Source: Octopus vulgaris
Lineage: Eukaryota
NCBI GenBank assembly: GCA_951406725.2
Contig: OX597824.1
Coordinates: forward strand, 68,882,001-68,946,000
Direction of reading: 5' to 3'
DNA: 64,000 nucleotides
A model generated the notes under the pieces. It was not told where the DNA came from and searched no databases. It was given only the letters and a program-made list of their open reading frames with translations. Position 1 is the first letter of the stretch. Each line of letters starts with the position of its first letter. Position numbers and translations under genes: made by a program. This document shows, one piece after another, positions 27,743 to 41,760 of this stretch.

Positions 27743-28118
27743 CACACACACACACAGAAACGTACCATATTGTTGCTGACTGTACGATATAGATATGTCG
27801 GTAGATAAAATATATATCGCTAATATAATTTTTCATTTTTTTTGTTTTTGTTTTTATTATTTTTTGTTTTTTGTTTTGGTGAATATGTCTTATTTCTATT
27901 CATATAGAACTGGTGTTCAAACGTGGTGAAAATTAATGAGCGTTAAACATAAACGTATAATTCAAAACTGCCTCACTTTGTTTTAATTCCGAAACGAAAG
28001 GGCTTGTAATTTTCAAAAATATTGCCCTTCATTCTCATGCAAAAATTCTGTGCGCGTAGCGCTTGTGTGTACGTATACGTACTCGTGTCTATATAGCGTA
28101 ATATATGTACGTATATGT

Positions 28119-28153
<35 letters not shown>

Positions 28154-28204
28154 ATATATATATATATGTATGTATTTATGTATGTATGTATGTATGTATG
28201 TATG

Positions 28205-28235
<31 letters not shown>

Positions 28236-28425
28236 GTAAATATGTATGTATTTATGAATGTATAGGCGCGAACACACTCACAAACGTACACATGTATATA
28301 TGTGCATAAACGAAAACTCACGTACATTCACATATACTCTGCATACATAATATATGGTTTCAAAGCCGTTTTGCTACACACATACATACATATTTACATA
28401 CATACATGTAGACAGTCACATCTAC

Positions 28426-28517
<92 letters not shown>

Positions 28518-28728
28518 GTCTGTCTCTGTAACTATATACATACATATAGAATTACAAATTTATATAAGCTCCTTCAGACACCGTAAGAAACACACACATA
28601 CACACATAGTTATGTACATGTCGTATATATATATATATATATACATATATATATCTACATATATATATACGTATACATATATAGATATATATACATATAC
28701 ATATATATGTATATACATATGTATATGC

Positions 28729-28783
<55 letters not shown>

Positions 28784-28860
28784 CACATATTGAGTACATA
28801 TGTACATAAGTGCATGCATACAAACATACATATATACATAATTGCATACATAATGAAATA
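24310..28860. repeat. Large microsatellite field (TATG, TA, GATA, GACA, GAT, GA, TG)
   Basis: Directly visible, with only short unique islands. Confidence 0.92.
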
Positions 28861-29007
28861 TATCGATAATGCACTGAAATCCTCGAATGTTCATACAGTG
28901 ATTTAAATTTTATTTCTGATGTTGTTGTGCAAAGTCGTATAGAAAATTTCCACCCCAAAGAATTTTTACATGAAGCATAAACACATCAGCTAATGTACTT
29001 CTTGTAG

Positions 29008-29171
29008 AGATGTCTCCAGCAATATCCTTCTGATGAAGCGAATATATGTGTATCGTTTCACAGCCGTCCGTCGTAGAATCATGTCTGTACGGAGGATTTC
29101 TCGAATACGTTCTTGTAATGATTCTGCTATGTGTTACGTGTTGCTTTATATCATATTTTCATTCCGATCAG
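29008..29171 (+). other. Candidate exon (signal-peptide-like reading)
   Basis: CTAAT..cttcttgtAG acceptor and CAG|GTAAAA donor; open frame ...MSVRRISRIRSCNDSAMCYVLLYIIFSFRS-G (phase 1); no recognisable homology. Confidence 0.22.
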
Positions 29172-30133
29172 GTAAAACTTTTTCTATCTCGTTATCATTG
29201 TCATTCTTTCTCTCTCTCCCCCTCTCTGTCTCTGTCTGTCTGTCTGTCTATCTGTCTCTCTTTCTCACACACACACACTCTCTCTTTCTCTCTGTCAGTG
29301 TATACACAAATACAAACAGACAGAGAAACATAGGCGCGTGTACACACACGCACACACAGACATACATATATAGTGTGCATGTTTGCCTCTACGTATGTTT
29401 GAGTGTATTTTATCCCTCAATGAATGATTGAATGAATGAATCAATCAATCAATGAATCAATCAATCAATCAATCAATTTTTTTATCCATCTGTCTGTCTT
29501 TCTGCCTGTAAGCATATAGGAATCTGTAATTTATGTATGTACATACATACATGCACAGACACACACACACACACACACACATATATGTATACATATATAT
29601 ATGCACATACACACACACAGAAATATATATGTATATATATATTTACACACACACACACACATATGTATGTATGTATGTATGTATGCATGTATGTATGTAT
29701 GCATGTATGTATGTATATGTCGGCGGCTTTCTCTCATATCCGAGCATTTGTTTTCTTTATTGCTGAACGTGACCTTTATGGTTAGGCTGTCAATGACTCT
29801 GTAGACCAATTCTTGCATAGAAGAGTCGATGGCATTGACTGCATGGCAATGTTGGTGGATGTTGATTTTTTCCCAGACTTTCACAACAGTGGCTTGATAC
29901 TTCCTTTCCTCTTCAGATGGCTTCGAAGTTTTTTCGAAGAATCTAGCATCATAACTGAGAGCAAAGACATTGTGTATTCAAATATAGCCAAGTAAACAAT
30001 GCGATCGAAGGCTGAAAAATAGGTAATTGGTGTATATACATATTTCAGGAGTTATTGCTGTTTCTTCAGTTACATCACTTAAATACAAAGTTTACATAGT
30101 AAACACATTCATTACAAAACGGTAAGTACATAT

Positions 30134-30800
30134 TACCGTATATACTCGACAATAAACCGCCCTCGCCTGTAAGAGGCACCCCCCGTCTTACTAGGTTCAA
30201 ATTGGCAGTTTTATCATTGACACGACTATAAATCGCAGTGACATTTTTGATACTGGAAAGCAAATTTCAATTAGGAATCCCACCGACATATTCCTTGTTC
30301 GGTAACCGAGCTTTCAGTAAGCTGATGATGACTTACAACAACTGTTATTCCATTAAGTCCATGCATTTTAGAGACTGTTGGTTATAATGTAAAAATTTTT
30401 CCTTGATAACGCTAGTTGACTTGCATATCATATTGAGACTGAGTTGCCTAGATACTTTTCCTTTACTTTTCGATTGATGCTTTTTTGATCGATTTAAAGA
30501 AAGATAGGTACGGTACAATAACATACAAACTTTAAACTCACTTTCTAAAAATTAATTGTTTATTTCATACTAACAGAAGTGAACAAATATATAAAGATCG
30601 TCCTCCGTGTACTTCTCGGCTCCGGAATTAGCAATTCGGGCTTTTTCGATTATTCTAAGTGTGGGAACTTCAAATGTAGCTTATACCTAGAAAATATCTG
30701 AAGATTTTTATAGGATGCGCTTATAAGTTGCACACCCAATTTTGGGTGAAAATTTCAGGGAAAAAATGTGCGACTTATATCCGAGTATATCCGAGTATAT
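30134..30800. mobile_element. pogo/Tc2-type DNA transposon remnant
   Basis: Left TIR TACCGTATATACTCGACAATAAACCGC; right end GCGACTTATATCCGAGTATAT (locally re-duplicated to ~30817). Confidence 0.68.
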
Positions 30801-31563
30801 ACTTATATCCGAGTATAATTGCTGGTAGGGACATCGTGTTTCCTTTTGCAAAACATAATATATTACCAAAATCATTAAAGTTAATAAGTCAATACTGTGT
30901 CCAAGCTATATGTGTTAGCATTACGATTCAATCACTCTTTAAGTGATCTCTACAGGTTTTCTGAAGTATTTAGAGCCAGCCTTGAAAGTTACGACGTCTC
31001 GTATATGAATACGTCTATGTAAGCATTGCGATCGTAGACAGGATGGAAGTTGTTGATGACACTCTACAGAGAATTTCGAGAGAAAGGGAGGAAGACATTC
31101 TTAATCCGGAGATATGACCAGTATATATGTGTGTGTGTGGGTGTGTGTGTACATATATAGATAGATAAATATACATGTATAAATGCAAACGTATATATAG
31201 AAACATATAGAAACATGTATACATAATTTTCATTTTGCCATTTAAATATACGTCCTACATATTTGATCTTCACTTCAGTTTTTATTCATATGTTTAGTTT
31301 AGGCGTCTGTCAAAGTTCTTTCCTCACACGTTCTATGACCTCTTCAGTGAGTCTCTGTCCCATGTGTCTCTTCTGTTCAATTCTACTAGACTATTAAGAC
31401 GTTGATAAACATAAAACTATATTCTGTTGTCTCAGGAAGAATACACATACATACATACATACATACATACATACATACATACATACATACATACATACAT
31501 ACATACATACATACATACATACATACATACATACATACACACACACACATATATATATATATA

Positions 31564-31618
<55 letters not shown>

Positions 31619-32183
31619 AAAAAAGAAGTTTGAAAACGCCACTATATTAGATAAATTTTAATTTTCTTATGAATTTTACATGTTTCGTTTCTTGAAAAAA
31701 CGAACATTATCAAAAATATTATAAAAAGTGCAATAGAAAAGTTCATAATTATTTCTTACTGGTCTCAATAGAATTCATGTGGTGGTGTTTTGTCGGTAGT
31801 TGGTATAATCGCTATAAACCTTCGAACAGACGGTCAACAGCGACGCCTACAGGACTCGGCTGCTCCACATTCATAAGTGGCAAATACCCTGAAACCGGTC
31901 TGTGGGGGCCAAGCCAGCAAGAGGTCATCGACTTAGATGACCTCTCCAGTTCGAAGGTGTTATGGGCGCAGATTTGTGCATCATATAGCTAGCTATAGGC
32001 GGTCGTCTCTCGGAGCTAATCAACAGCAGCATTCGTCCTATTTCTCTGGACTGCTACGTTAGTTTGGCAGTAAGGATTAATACCCAGTACGGCTGCTGTA
32101 TCTCTCCTTCAGAGAGATTTAGAAATTATAACACACACACACACACACACAAACATAATATGATATAAATAATATATATATGC

Positions 32184-32266
<83 letters not shown>

Positions 32267-32395
32267 CTGCTCGCTTAGCTAGCGGAGTGGCGTCATTTGA
32301 ATGCTAAAACAATGCGAAGCGCATTGTGACAAGCGATGTGTAACAACATCTGATAGCCTGGTCGGTCACGGTGATCACGGTGATATGCATATATA

Positions 32396-32905
32396 TATTA
32401 AGGCCATTCCTCAATTGTTGTTGAATTTATATATATAGTCTATGACTATTTTATTTTTCTCACTAGACCGCTGGTGGCGAAAAAATTTCTATTGAATTTT
32501 TTTGCTACCCTATATTGATTAATTGATGATTTTCTGACTAATTCTGAAATTGAATCAGCAGTTTATATTTACTGCTGATAAGTTGGCGCGAGTACGATGG
32601 TTTTGAAAATTTTAGGGCAGATATTCCTAGGGCATAGATACAGCTGCCTCGTGTATATCTGTCTCTCCTGGCTTCTTTACCGATGAGGTGTAGCCTTTGG
32701 TGGATTGACTTAGTTTAATTTAATTTAATTAAGCTGGTTTGCCATTAAAAACACCGAAGCAATGCATTGTCTAAAGATGAATTAGGGTAAATGTTTTTAA
32801 ATTTTCCTTTAATTTCTGAATTACTACTACTTGGCGGTTTGAGTCCTGGCTGCTCTTTCTAGTGGGTCGAATGGCCTATTAAGGCCATTCCTCAATTGTT
32901 GTTGA

Positions 32906-32906
<1 letters not shown>
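32396..32906 (+). mobile_element. 481-bp hammerhead-bearing non-coding element with 30-bp terminal direct repeat, in (TA)n
   Basis: TATTAAGGCCATTCCTCAATTGTTGTTGAA at 32396-32425 and 32877-32906; hammerhead fold at 32674-32777. Confidence 0.72.
32674..32777 (+). ncRNA. Type I hammerhead ribozyme-like fold (variant core)
   Basis: Stem I ucuuua/uaaaga; core CCGAUGA; stem II ggugu/acacc with long pairable extension; GAAG; palindromic stem III caaugcauug; UC cleavage site at 32770-32771. Confidence 0.68.
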
Positions 32907-32984
<78 letters not shown>

Positions 32985-33383
32985 TATACATACATATACA
33001 TACATGCCTACATGGAACAGGACGCCACCAACAGTAAACAACATGAAATACGAAAACCAGTGAGTTCAAAAAGCAAATAACGAGAGAAACAAATGGAAAA
33101 TAGTACAAATAACATAAAAACGACTCCTCATCAGTTGTCGGCTGTCTATCTACTCCCCATTTCGAGTATTGAACGACAATATGAGTCTTCGAAGACAGTT
33201 GCTCCCATAAGTACCAAAATAAAATTTAGGATTTATGGAAAGTCAAAGTTGGTAACAAAAACAGGACAGTGGATATATACAAGGAAACCGAACGAAGTTT
33301 TCGCATTTCATGTTGCTTAATGTTGGTAACGTCCTGTACCCATGCAGGCATATGTATGTATGTGTGTATGTATGTATATGTAT

Positions 33384-33546
33384 AGGCGCAGGCGTGGCTG
33401 TGTGGTAAGTAGCTTGCTTACCAACCACATGGTTCCGGGTTCACTCCCACTGCGTGGCACCTTGGGCAAGTGTCTTCTACTATAGCCTCGGGTCGACCAA
33501 AGCCTTATGAGTGGATTTGGTAGACGCAAACTGAAAGAAGTCCGTC

Positions 33547-33550
<4 letters not shown>
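33384..33550 (+). mobile_element. SINE family B 5' half
   Basis: Near-consensus head and CORE-like segment ending in (TA)n. Confidence 0.85.
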
Positions 33551-33605
<55 letters not shown>

Positions 33606-33973
33606 AGCTTAGAGAAGAAGAAGAAGAAACGAAACCAAACCAAACGAATCGAATCGAATCGACGCGAAGGTGCTCAGTCATACAATAGTGTAATAAATAA
33701 AATATATCCATACATACAAACATATATGTACGTACCTACATCTACATGTATATATACATGCATATATAAATATATATACGTGTGTACAGGACACCACAAA
33801 TAGACGTAGAACTCAAGGAGAAACGAAAACTTAAAAACAGCATGGAACGGACCATTCCTTTAACAACGAAAAAACAGAGTACAAGACAACTACTCAAGGA
33901 AAAATCCCCTTCATCAGCCGTCCCTAGTTCAACTCCAGCGTGTTTCGAAGGTGAGTACAGAACACGTCTCGTC

Positions 33974-34013
<40 letters not shown>

Positions 34014-34269
34014 GGTACTCGAGTTGCCAAGTAGTGGTGATAAATCGGGTGCCGTATGAAGTATTTCGCCCGACAGGTTATGACAGATTAAACTAAGATC
34101 ACAATGAGCTGAAAGAAAGAGAGCAACGTACCCTCTCCGGTGGGCTATCAGTTCTACTAACCCTCAACTATAATTTGATCGGATATTTTATCGAGCTGAG
34201 AATCATGAAAGCCAATATCTATCATAGTAGGATTTGAACTAGGAAAAAAAGGAGCAGGAGTAACATGTA

Positions 34270-35213
34270 CGGCGGCGTTGGCGACGGCGGCGACGACTGC
34301 AACGATAATGGTGATAGCGACGACGGACACGGCGGTGACAATTACGATGAGGGGGATGAATGACTGCGACGATGGTCATGATGGCAACGACGGCGACGAT
34401 GGACATGATGGCGATGACGGCGACGATGGCGAGGATCACAATGATGGCGACGACGGTGACACTAGCGACGACTGCGACGGCGACGACGGCGATGATGGCG
34501 GCGACGGTGACGATGGCGATGATGGTAACGACGGCGACAACGGCGACGACAGCGGCGACGATGATGGTGATGATGGCGACGACGGTGACAATAGCGACGA
34601 CGGAAACGAAGACGACGGCAACGAAGACGACGGCAACGAAAACGACGGCGTCGAAGACGGTGAAAATGGCGACGATGGCGTTGACGGCGACGATGGCGTT
34701 GACGGCGACGACCGCGGCGACTGTTAGTAGCCGCTTGGCGGCATTTCGTCCGTCTTTAGGATTTCAGTTCAAATTGTCGCCGAACTCGACTTTGCCTTAG
34801 ATATTTTCAGGTCGATAGAATAGATGTATTCGGCTTACTCCCTCCTTACTCACTCCTCCAAATTTCGGGGTGAGTGACTATAATAGAAATTAACACGCAA
34901 AACCCTCACAAAAACACACACGCACATACACACACACATACACACACAAACACACAATCAATGTTTCGTCCTATGACGTCCATAATATTTTCCCTAATGT
35001 AAATCATCATCAAAAACCTCGTCATCATCATCATCATCATCGTCATCCAAATCGTCATCAAAATCATCACCAACACCACCACCATCACCACCTACCACAA
35101 CCACCACCACCACCATCATCATCATCATCGTCATCATCATCATCGTCATCATCATCATCATCATCATCGTCATCATGATCATCATGATCATCATGATCAT
35201 CATGATCATCTTG

Positions 35214-35246
<33 letters not shown>

Positions 35247-35340
35247 GTCATCATCATGATCATCATGATCATCATCATCATGATCATCATCATCATCATC
35301 ACCATCATCATCAATTTCATCATCATCAGCAGCAGCATTA
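34270..35340. repeat. Cryptic (GAC/GGC/GAT)n and (ATC)n trinucleotide repeats
   Basis: Directly visible; low-complexity ORFs in several frames on both strands. Confidence 0.88.
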
Positions 35341-35361
35341 GTATTAAAATTATTTGTGGTA

Positions 35362-36460
35362 GGGCGCTGAGCTGGCCGAAACGTTAGCACGCCGGGCGAA
35401 ATGCGTAGCAGTAATTCGTCTGCCGTTACGATCTGAGTTCAAATTCCGCCGAGGTCGACTTTGCCTTTCATCCTTTCGGGGTCGATAAGTTAAGTACCAG
35501 TTACGCACTGGGGTCGATATAATCGACTTAATCCGTTTGCCTGTCCTTGTTTGTCCTCTCTGTGTTTAGCCCCTTGTGGGTAGTAAAGAAATAGGTATTT
35601 CGTCTGCCGTTACGTTCTGAGTTCAAATTCCGCCGAGTTCGACTTTGCCTTTCATCCTTTCGGGGTCGATTAAATAAGTACCAGTTACGCACTGGGGTCG
35701 ATATAATCGACTTAATCCGTTTGCCTGTCCTTGTTTGTCCTCTCTGTGTTTAGCCCCTTGTGGGTAGTAAAGAAATAGGTATTTCGTCGACCGTTACATT
35801 GTCGATGTAATCGATTTAATACCTTTGTCTGTTCTTGTTTGTCTCTTCTATCTTTAGCCCCTTGTGGGTAATAAAGAAATAAGAAATTTTAGCACACCGG
35901 GGAAAATGCTTAACGGCATTCCGCCCGTCTTTACCTTCTGAATTCAGATGCCGCTGAAATTGACTTAGGCAGGAGTCGATGTAATCGATTTCACATCTAC
36001 GAAATTGCTGATCCTGTGCCAAAACTATGAAATCATTATTTGGCAGAAACGTTAGCACGCTGGACGAAATGCGTAGCCGTATTTCGTCTGCCGTTACGTT
36101 CTGAGTTCAAATTCTGCCGAGGTCGGCTTTGCCTTTCATCCTTTCGGGGTCGATAAATTAAGTACCAGTTACGCACTGGGGTCGATATCTGTCCTTGTTT
36201 GTCCCCTCTGTGTTTAGCCCCTTGTGGATTGTAAAGAAATAATTATTATTATTATTACTGGCAGTTAGCTGACAGAAACTTTAGCGGACAGGATAAAATA
36301 CTTAGTGACAAGAGTTCCGTATTCAAATCCTACCGAAGTTGGCTTTGCTTGTCATCATTTCGTGGTCCATAAAATAAGTAACAGCTGGACATACACGTCA
36401 TCGACAAAACACCCAGCGCCAATGAAAATTTTATGCCTTATACCTATAACAGAAAAGATT
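35362..36460 (+). mobile_element. Cluster/multimer of SINE family A
   Basis: 184-bp units with junctions at 35594/35595 and 35778/35779, followed by further whole and degenerate copies. Confidence 0.88.
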
Positions 36461-36476
36461 ATTATTATTATTATTG

Positions 36477-36546
<70 letters not shown>

Positions 36547-36692
36547 CAGCAGTATAACGATAATCATAATGCTGGAATAAGACCAATGAGATATGATCCT
36601 CTGTTTATCGAAGTATTATATATTTGTCTACATATGAAGATATACACATGTATATGTACATAAAATCATGTGTACATATGAAGGTATACACA

Positions 36693-36742
<50 letters not shown>

Positions 36743-36926
36743 TATATACATACAAATACACGCAAATGCTCACACACGAATATATATATATATCTATACA
36801 CACACACACACACACGCACACACACATATATATACGATGTGTGTGTGTGTGTGTGTGTGTAGATACAAGATTATATAGTATCATACCTATGTATGTCTAT
36901 ATGTATATCCTCCGTTTTCTTACTAG

Positions 36927-37039
<113 letters not shown>

Positions 37040-37643
37040 GTATATATATATACATATATATATAATTACATATATACATATATATATATACATATATACT
37101 ATATACATGTATGTATAAGTATGTGTGTATGCGTGCATGCGAATGTGCGTGTTTGTGTGTGTGTGTATGTGTGCGCACGCGTGCGTATGTGCATATGTGT
37201 GTGTTTGTGTGTGTGCGCACGTGTATAGTGTGTGTGAGTGTGTGTGTATCGCATGAATTGTTGTCTTGATTTTATCGAATCTCTTCAATGATGAAAGGCC
37301 AACTTGGTTCCGTTGGGAATTTCTTTGACAAAAATCAGAAACTTGAGCTAACGAATTGGATACCGAGAAGCTTCTCCTGTGATGTTTTGCCATCTGCGTC
37401 GTCCATTTTTGTACACGTCATTCATTCGTATGTTAATAGATTGTCTTTCTGTATGGGTGGATATGGCCAGGCATGACTGCTTATGGTTAGGCATGGCTAA
37501 GCACAAGGCCTGACACATTGTGGACAGCGGAATCGATAAAAATCATCAGGTAATAACGGTGGAACCTACAATATTTCAGGTCAGTGTTTCGTATCCGGTA
37601 ACCGGTGTCTGGCGTTTTCCCGCTCGTCGCATGTGTGTGTGTA

Positions 37644-37744
<101 letters not shown>

Positions 37745-37761
37745 CTCTCTCTTATATCTCT

Positions 37762-37811
<50 letters not shown>

Positions 37812-38271
37812 CGTGTATGTATATACACACCTGTAATGTATATAGATAGACAGACTGACAGGTTGACAGACAGATAGACATTTATATATATATACATGTA
37901 TATATATATATTTGTGTGCGTGTATATGTGACTTTGTGTGCATGTGTGTCTGTGTGCGTATGCGTACGCGCGCGTGTGTGTGTGCCAGTGTGTCAGTGTG
38001 TGAGCGTGCATGTGCAGTTGTGTGCTAGCAATTTTAACACCCTCTTGCAAACTATCTAAAAGGATTTCGTTACATTTCTCTCTGTAAGTTTGATGTGTGA
38101 AATGTCATCAAGCCAAGCCTGAGTGTGATGCTAGCAGATTACAAGATTATAAGAGACGTTGTTTCGGCGTTATTTTGCCTCTGCAGTAGCAGATACAGCT
38201 TCATTCAAACGGAGCTAAGACAAAACATTTGCTTCTGCATATAAAAAAATCACTTATGCTTGCGTAGATAC

Positions 38272-38330
38272 TTGTCAAGCAATGCTAGAGAGACAAACAC
38301 AGACACGCAAACATATACACACACATACAT

Positions 38331-38382
<52 letters not shown>

Positions 38383-38529
38383 GACAGGCTTCTTTCAGTT
38401 TCCGTCTACCAAATCCACTCACAAGGCTTTGGTCGGCCCGAGGCTATAGCAGAAGACACTTGCCCATGGTTCTGAACCCAGAACCATGTGGTTGGTTAGC
38501 AAGCTACTTACCACACAGCCACTCCTGCG

Positions 38530-38532
<3 letters not shown>
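38272..38532 (-). mobile_element. SINE family B (partial)
   Basis: Reverse complement of the family B head, CORE-like segment and internal microsatellite. Confidence 0.85.
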
Positions 38533-38581
<49 letters not shown>

Positions 38582-38586
<5 letters not shown>

Positions 38587-38764
38587 GTCTATTAATCCAA
38601 TAGTACTTAATAAGGCACTTTGGCTTGCTCATAACAAAGCTGGTCTCACCCGAGAAGAAATTAATGTTGTGTTGGCAGCCAGAAGATCTATTATTAAATT
38701 TGATGATAAGTTGTGGGTCCGTAAAGACACACCTGATAGTTTCGATATACCTATGGGAAGTTAA
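38582..38764 (+). pseudogene. Penelope-like element reverse transcriptase fragment
   Basis: YSSINPIVLNKALWLA...EEINVVLAARRSIIKFDDKLWVRKD...FDIPMGS matches the PLE RT pattern 'YPSI....L.KAL.FA...RKS.LF....W.KK...FDVTMGS'. Confidence 0.78.
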
Positions 38765-38964
38765 CGCAGGTTTAAACAAGTATTTTTACTTTCTACATAT
38801 GTTTCGAAAATTCCACTGATACTTATTCAAAAGAATAAAAGGTATAAACAAAAGAATAAAAGGTATATAGATGTGTATGTATAGATGTGTATATATATAG
38901 ATGTGTATATATATTTATATATATATGTATATGTGTGTATGTGTATGTGTATATGTGGGTGTAT

Positions 38965-39170
38965 TTGTGATGTTTGTCCATAAAAGGAATCAACCAATTA
39001 ATCAACGAAGATATTGTATTATTTATAATGCGATCACTTTTCTTCATAATCCTCCCATCCACTATCGTTATCCTGCTCCCAACATCATGGACGAGATTTT
39101 CAGCGTTGGTGAGTAACATTCTTGCGAACTGCATTTGATTCCTTCTCTCATTTGAAATGATCATCCTTTG
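38965..39170 (-). pseudogene. Possible decayed Tc1-like transposase fragment
   Basis: VGSRITIVDGRIMKK...LINWLIPFMDKHH resembles the Tc1 'G.G....IDG.M....Y...L...L.PF' region. Confidence 0.33.
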
Positions 39171-39547
39171 CAGATGGATTTCAACCCTCAGAAAGACATA
39201 TTGAATTTCTAAGAGCTAAATATATAAAGAGACAATTGTCTGGGCAAGACGTCATGGTGCGCTATATAAATTCGGTTGGTTTGTGCCTTGGAGCTCTTCC
39301 ATCCACCTCTCGGTTATCCTTAAATGTTTCAATACTTCTAAACAAACCTCATGATTGGAAGGAAGTATCATCATGTTGAGGGAAGCATCATGAGCAGGAA
39401 AATGTAATGATGAAAACGGGTATGATTAAATTGCATATAGAGCAAGAAATTGGTGTTTATTATATTGTATATTGGTTCCAGTTTTCGGACAAAACTCGTG
39501 GCATATGTATGTATGTATATATGTATGTATATGTGTATATATGTTTG

Positions 39548-39581
<34 letters not shown>

Positions 39582-39685
39582 TCTATCTATCTATCTATCT
39601 ATCTATATATATATACCTATATATATATATATATATATACACGCATATATACATGTCTGTATATGTGTCTAAATATCTATCTACA

Positions 39686-39728
<43 letters not shown>

Positions 39729-40086
39729 TTATACATATATTCATATTTACAAATATGCATGAGTGTGCATGTATGTGTGATGGGTGTATGTATGTGTGTA
39801 TTGGTATCTTCGACTTACCAGCAGTCTTACCAAGGACGGAACACTCAACTGGATTAATTTTATTGACAGAAATACAAGTAATTGAGGAATTACCAGAGCT
39901 AATAGAAAGCAGACCTCCCTTGCGCGGCGTAGCAAAACGTATTTCGGTTGTGGCCGTGTCATGATGTGTCTATATATCATCTTATTCTAGAACTTGCTTT
40001 AGCTGTGGCCATACTGGGTCACCGCCTTGAACGATTGTAGCCAAACTGGGTGACTCCTAGTAGTGTTGTAATTTTGTATGTATATG

Positions 40087-40117
<31 letters not shown>

Positions 40118-40167
40118 ATGTATGTATATGTATATATATATATATATATAGTAAAATATTATATAAT

Positions 40168-40823
40168 GGAGTGGCAGTGTGGTATCTTGCTTACCAACCA
40201 CACGGTTCTAAGGATCAGTCCCACTGCGTGGCTCCTTGGGCAAGTGTCTTCTACTATAGTCTCAGCATACCAAACCCTTGCGAGTGGGTTTGGTAGATGG
40301 AAACTGAAAGAAGCCCGTTGTATATATATATATATATATTAATAAAAGAAATAAAACATATGCATATATATAAACATATATGTACGTACCTACCTCTACA
40401 TGTACATATACACGCATATATGAGTACAGGACACCAAAGGGACGTCGAACACATAGAGAAACGAAAACATAGACACAAACCAAAGGAACAGGACATTTTT
40501 TAAAAAACAACAAAAAATGGAGTACAGGACAGTTAACACAACGAAAAAACCCCTTCTTCAGTCGCTAAGGTTTCATCTACTCTACGTTTCGAAGGATAAA
40601 AGCGAGACGTATCTTCGACAAGAAACTTTCCTTCCTGCGAAAAGCAAATCAATTAAAATTCTGAGATCTTTTCGCAGAGGGGTAAAAAATGGTAAAAAAT
40701 GGTAAAAAAACGAGACAGTAACGATAGTACAAAAATATAAACAGTAAAAAAAATATATATAACAGTAAAAGACAGGACAGGGAGAACAAGATAAGAAGGG
40801 CTGTTGACGCCGAACGAAAAAAG

Positions 40824-40859
<36 letters not shown>

Positions 40860-41030
40860 CTTGACAACCGATGCTGGTGTGTTTAGGTCCCCGTCACTTA
40901 GCGGTTCGGCAAAAGATGCCGATAGAATAAGTACTAGGCTTACAAAGAATAAGTCCTGGGGCCGATTTGATTCGACTAAATTGCGGTGCTCCATTATGGC
41001 CGCAGTCAAATGACTGAAACAAGTAAAAAA
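40168..41030 (+). mobile_element. SINE family B split by a ~480-bp insertion (40340-40820) in its internal (TA)n
   Basis: 5' half 40168-40322 and 3' half 40858-41030 are collinear. Confidence 0.8.
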
Positions 41031-41222
41031 TACAGTAAAAAACATTAGATATTATAGCCAGAGTTATCCTTTAAAATACTGGGTGGTCCCTACTTGTAGG
41101 CCTTTGGTCATCGGTCTGTTTAGTTGTTCTTTTATCATTCGGTTAACCAACAACAACTACTACTACTAATACCAGCACCAGCAGCAACACAGCCACCACT
41201 ACTACTATTAACACCGCACCCT

Positions 41223-41301
<79 letters not shown>

Positions 41302-41760
41302 CACCACCACCACCACCACTTCCACTACTACTACCAGCACCAATAATACCTCTATCTTTACCCCTACAGCTAGCATTACTTTTATTACAACCACCGTTAC
41401 CAATAGCAAAACGCCGAACAGTCACGTCTGGAAACCCGAGGCCTTGAGTGAGCTTCTATGAGGTCACCTGATCTGCTAAAATAGCAGCCAAATATCAGTT
41501 AAATTACAGCTTTAGCTAATCACAACTTACCTAAAACGTTGGTTTTACATAAGGATAAGTTAGATAATGTGGTTCTATGTTTTTCAGTGCACAGAAAAAA
41601 TGGGATGACCATAACTGGAATATCCTTGCATAAATACTTCAACACCCAAAACACACCATTCTCACTAACAACGATTACAGTAAATCTTTCGATGACTATT
41701 TGGCTGTGAACAAAATGTCATATGCATTATTTGTTATAAATGAAAACATCTGATTTACAA

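Noticed and set aside
29865-29925. Minus-strand CUGAAGA...GAAA-g-UC
   Set aside because: No stem II; lies in a probably decayed LINE endonuclease-like stretch that is itself too weak to annotate
34278-34727. 149-aa Asp/Gly-rich ORF resembling an acidic biomineralisation protein
   Set aside because: Cryptic GAC/GGC/GAT repeat wedged between SINE fragments; overlapping frames are also open; no signal peptide or splice context
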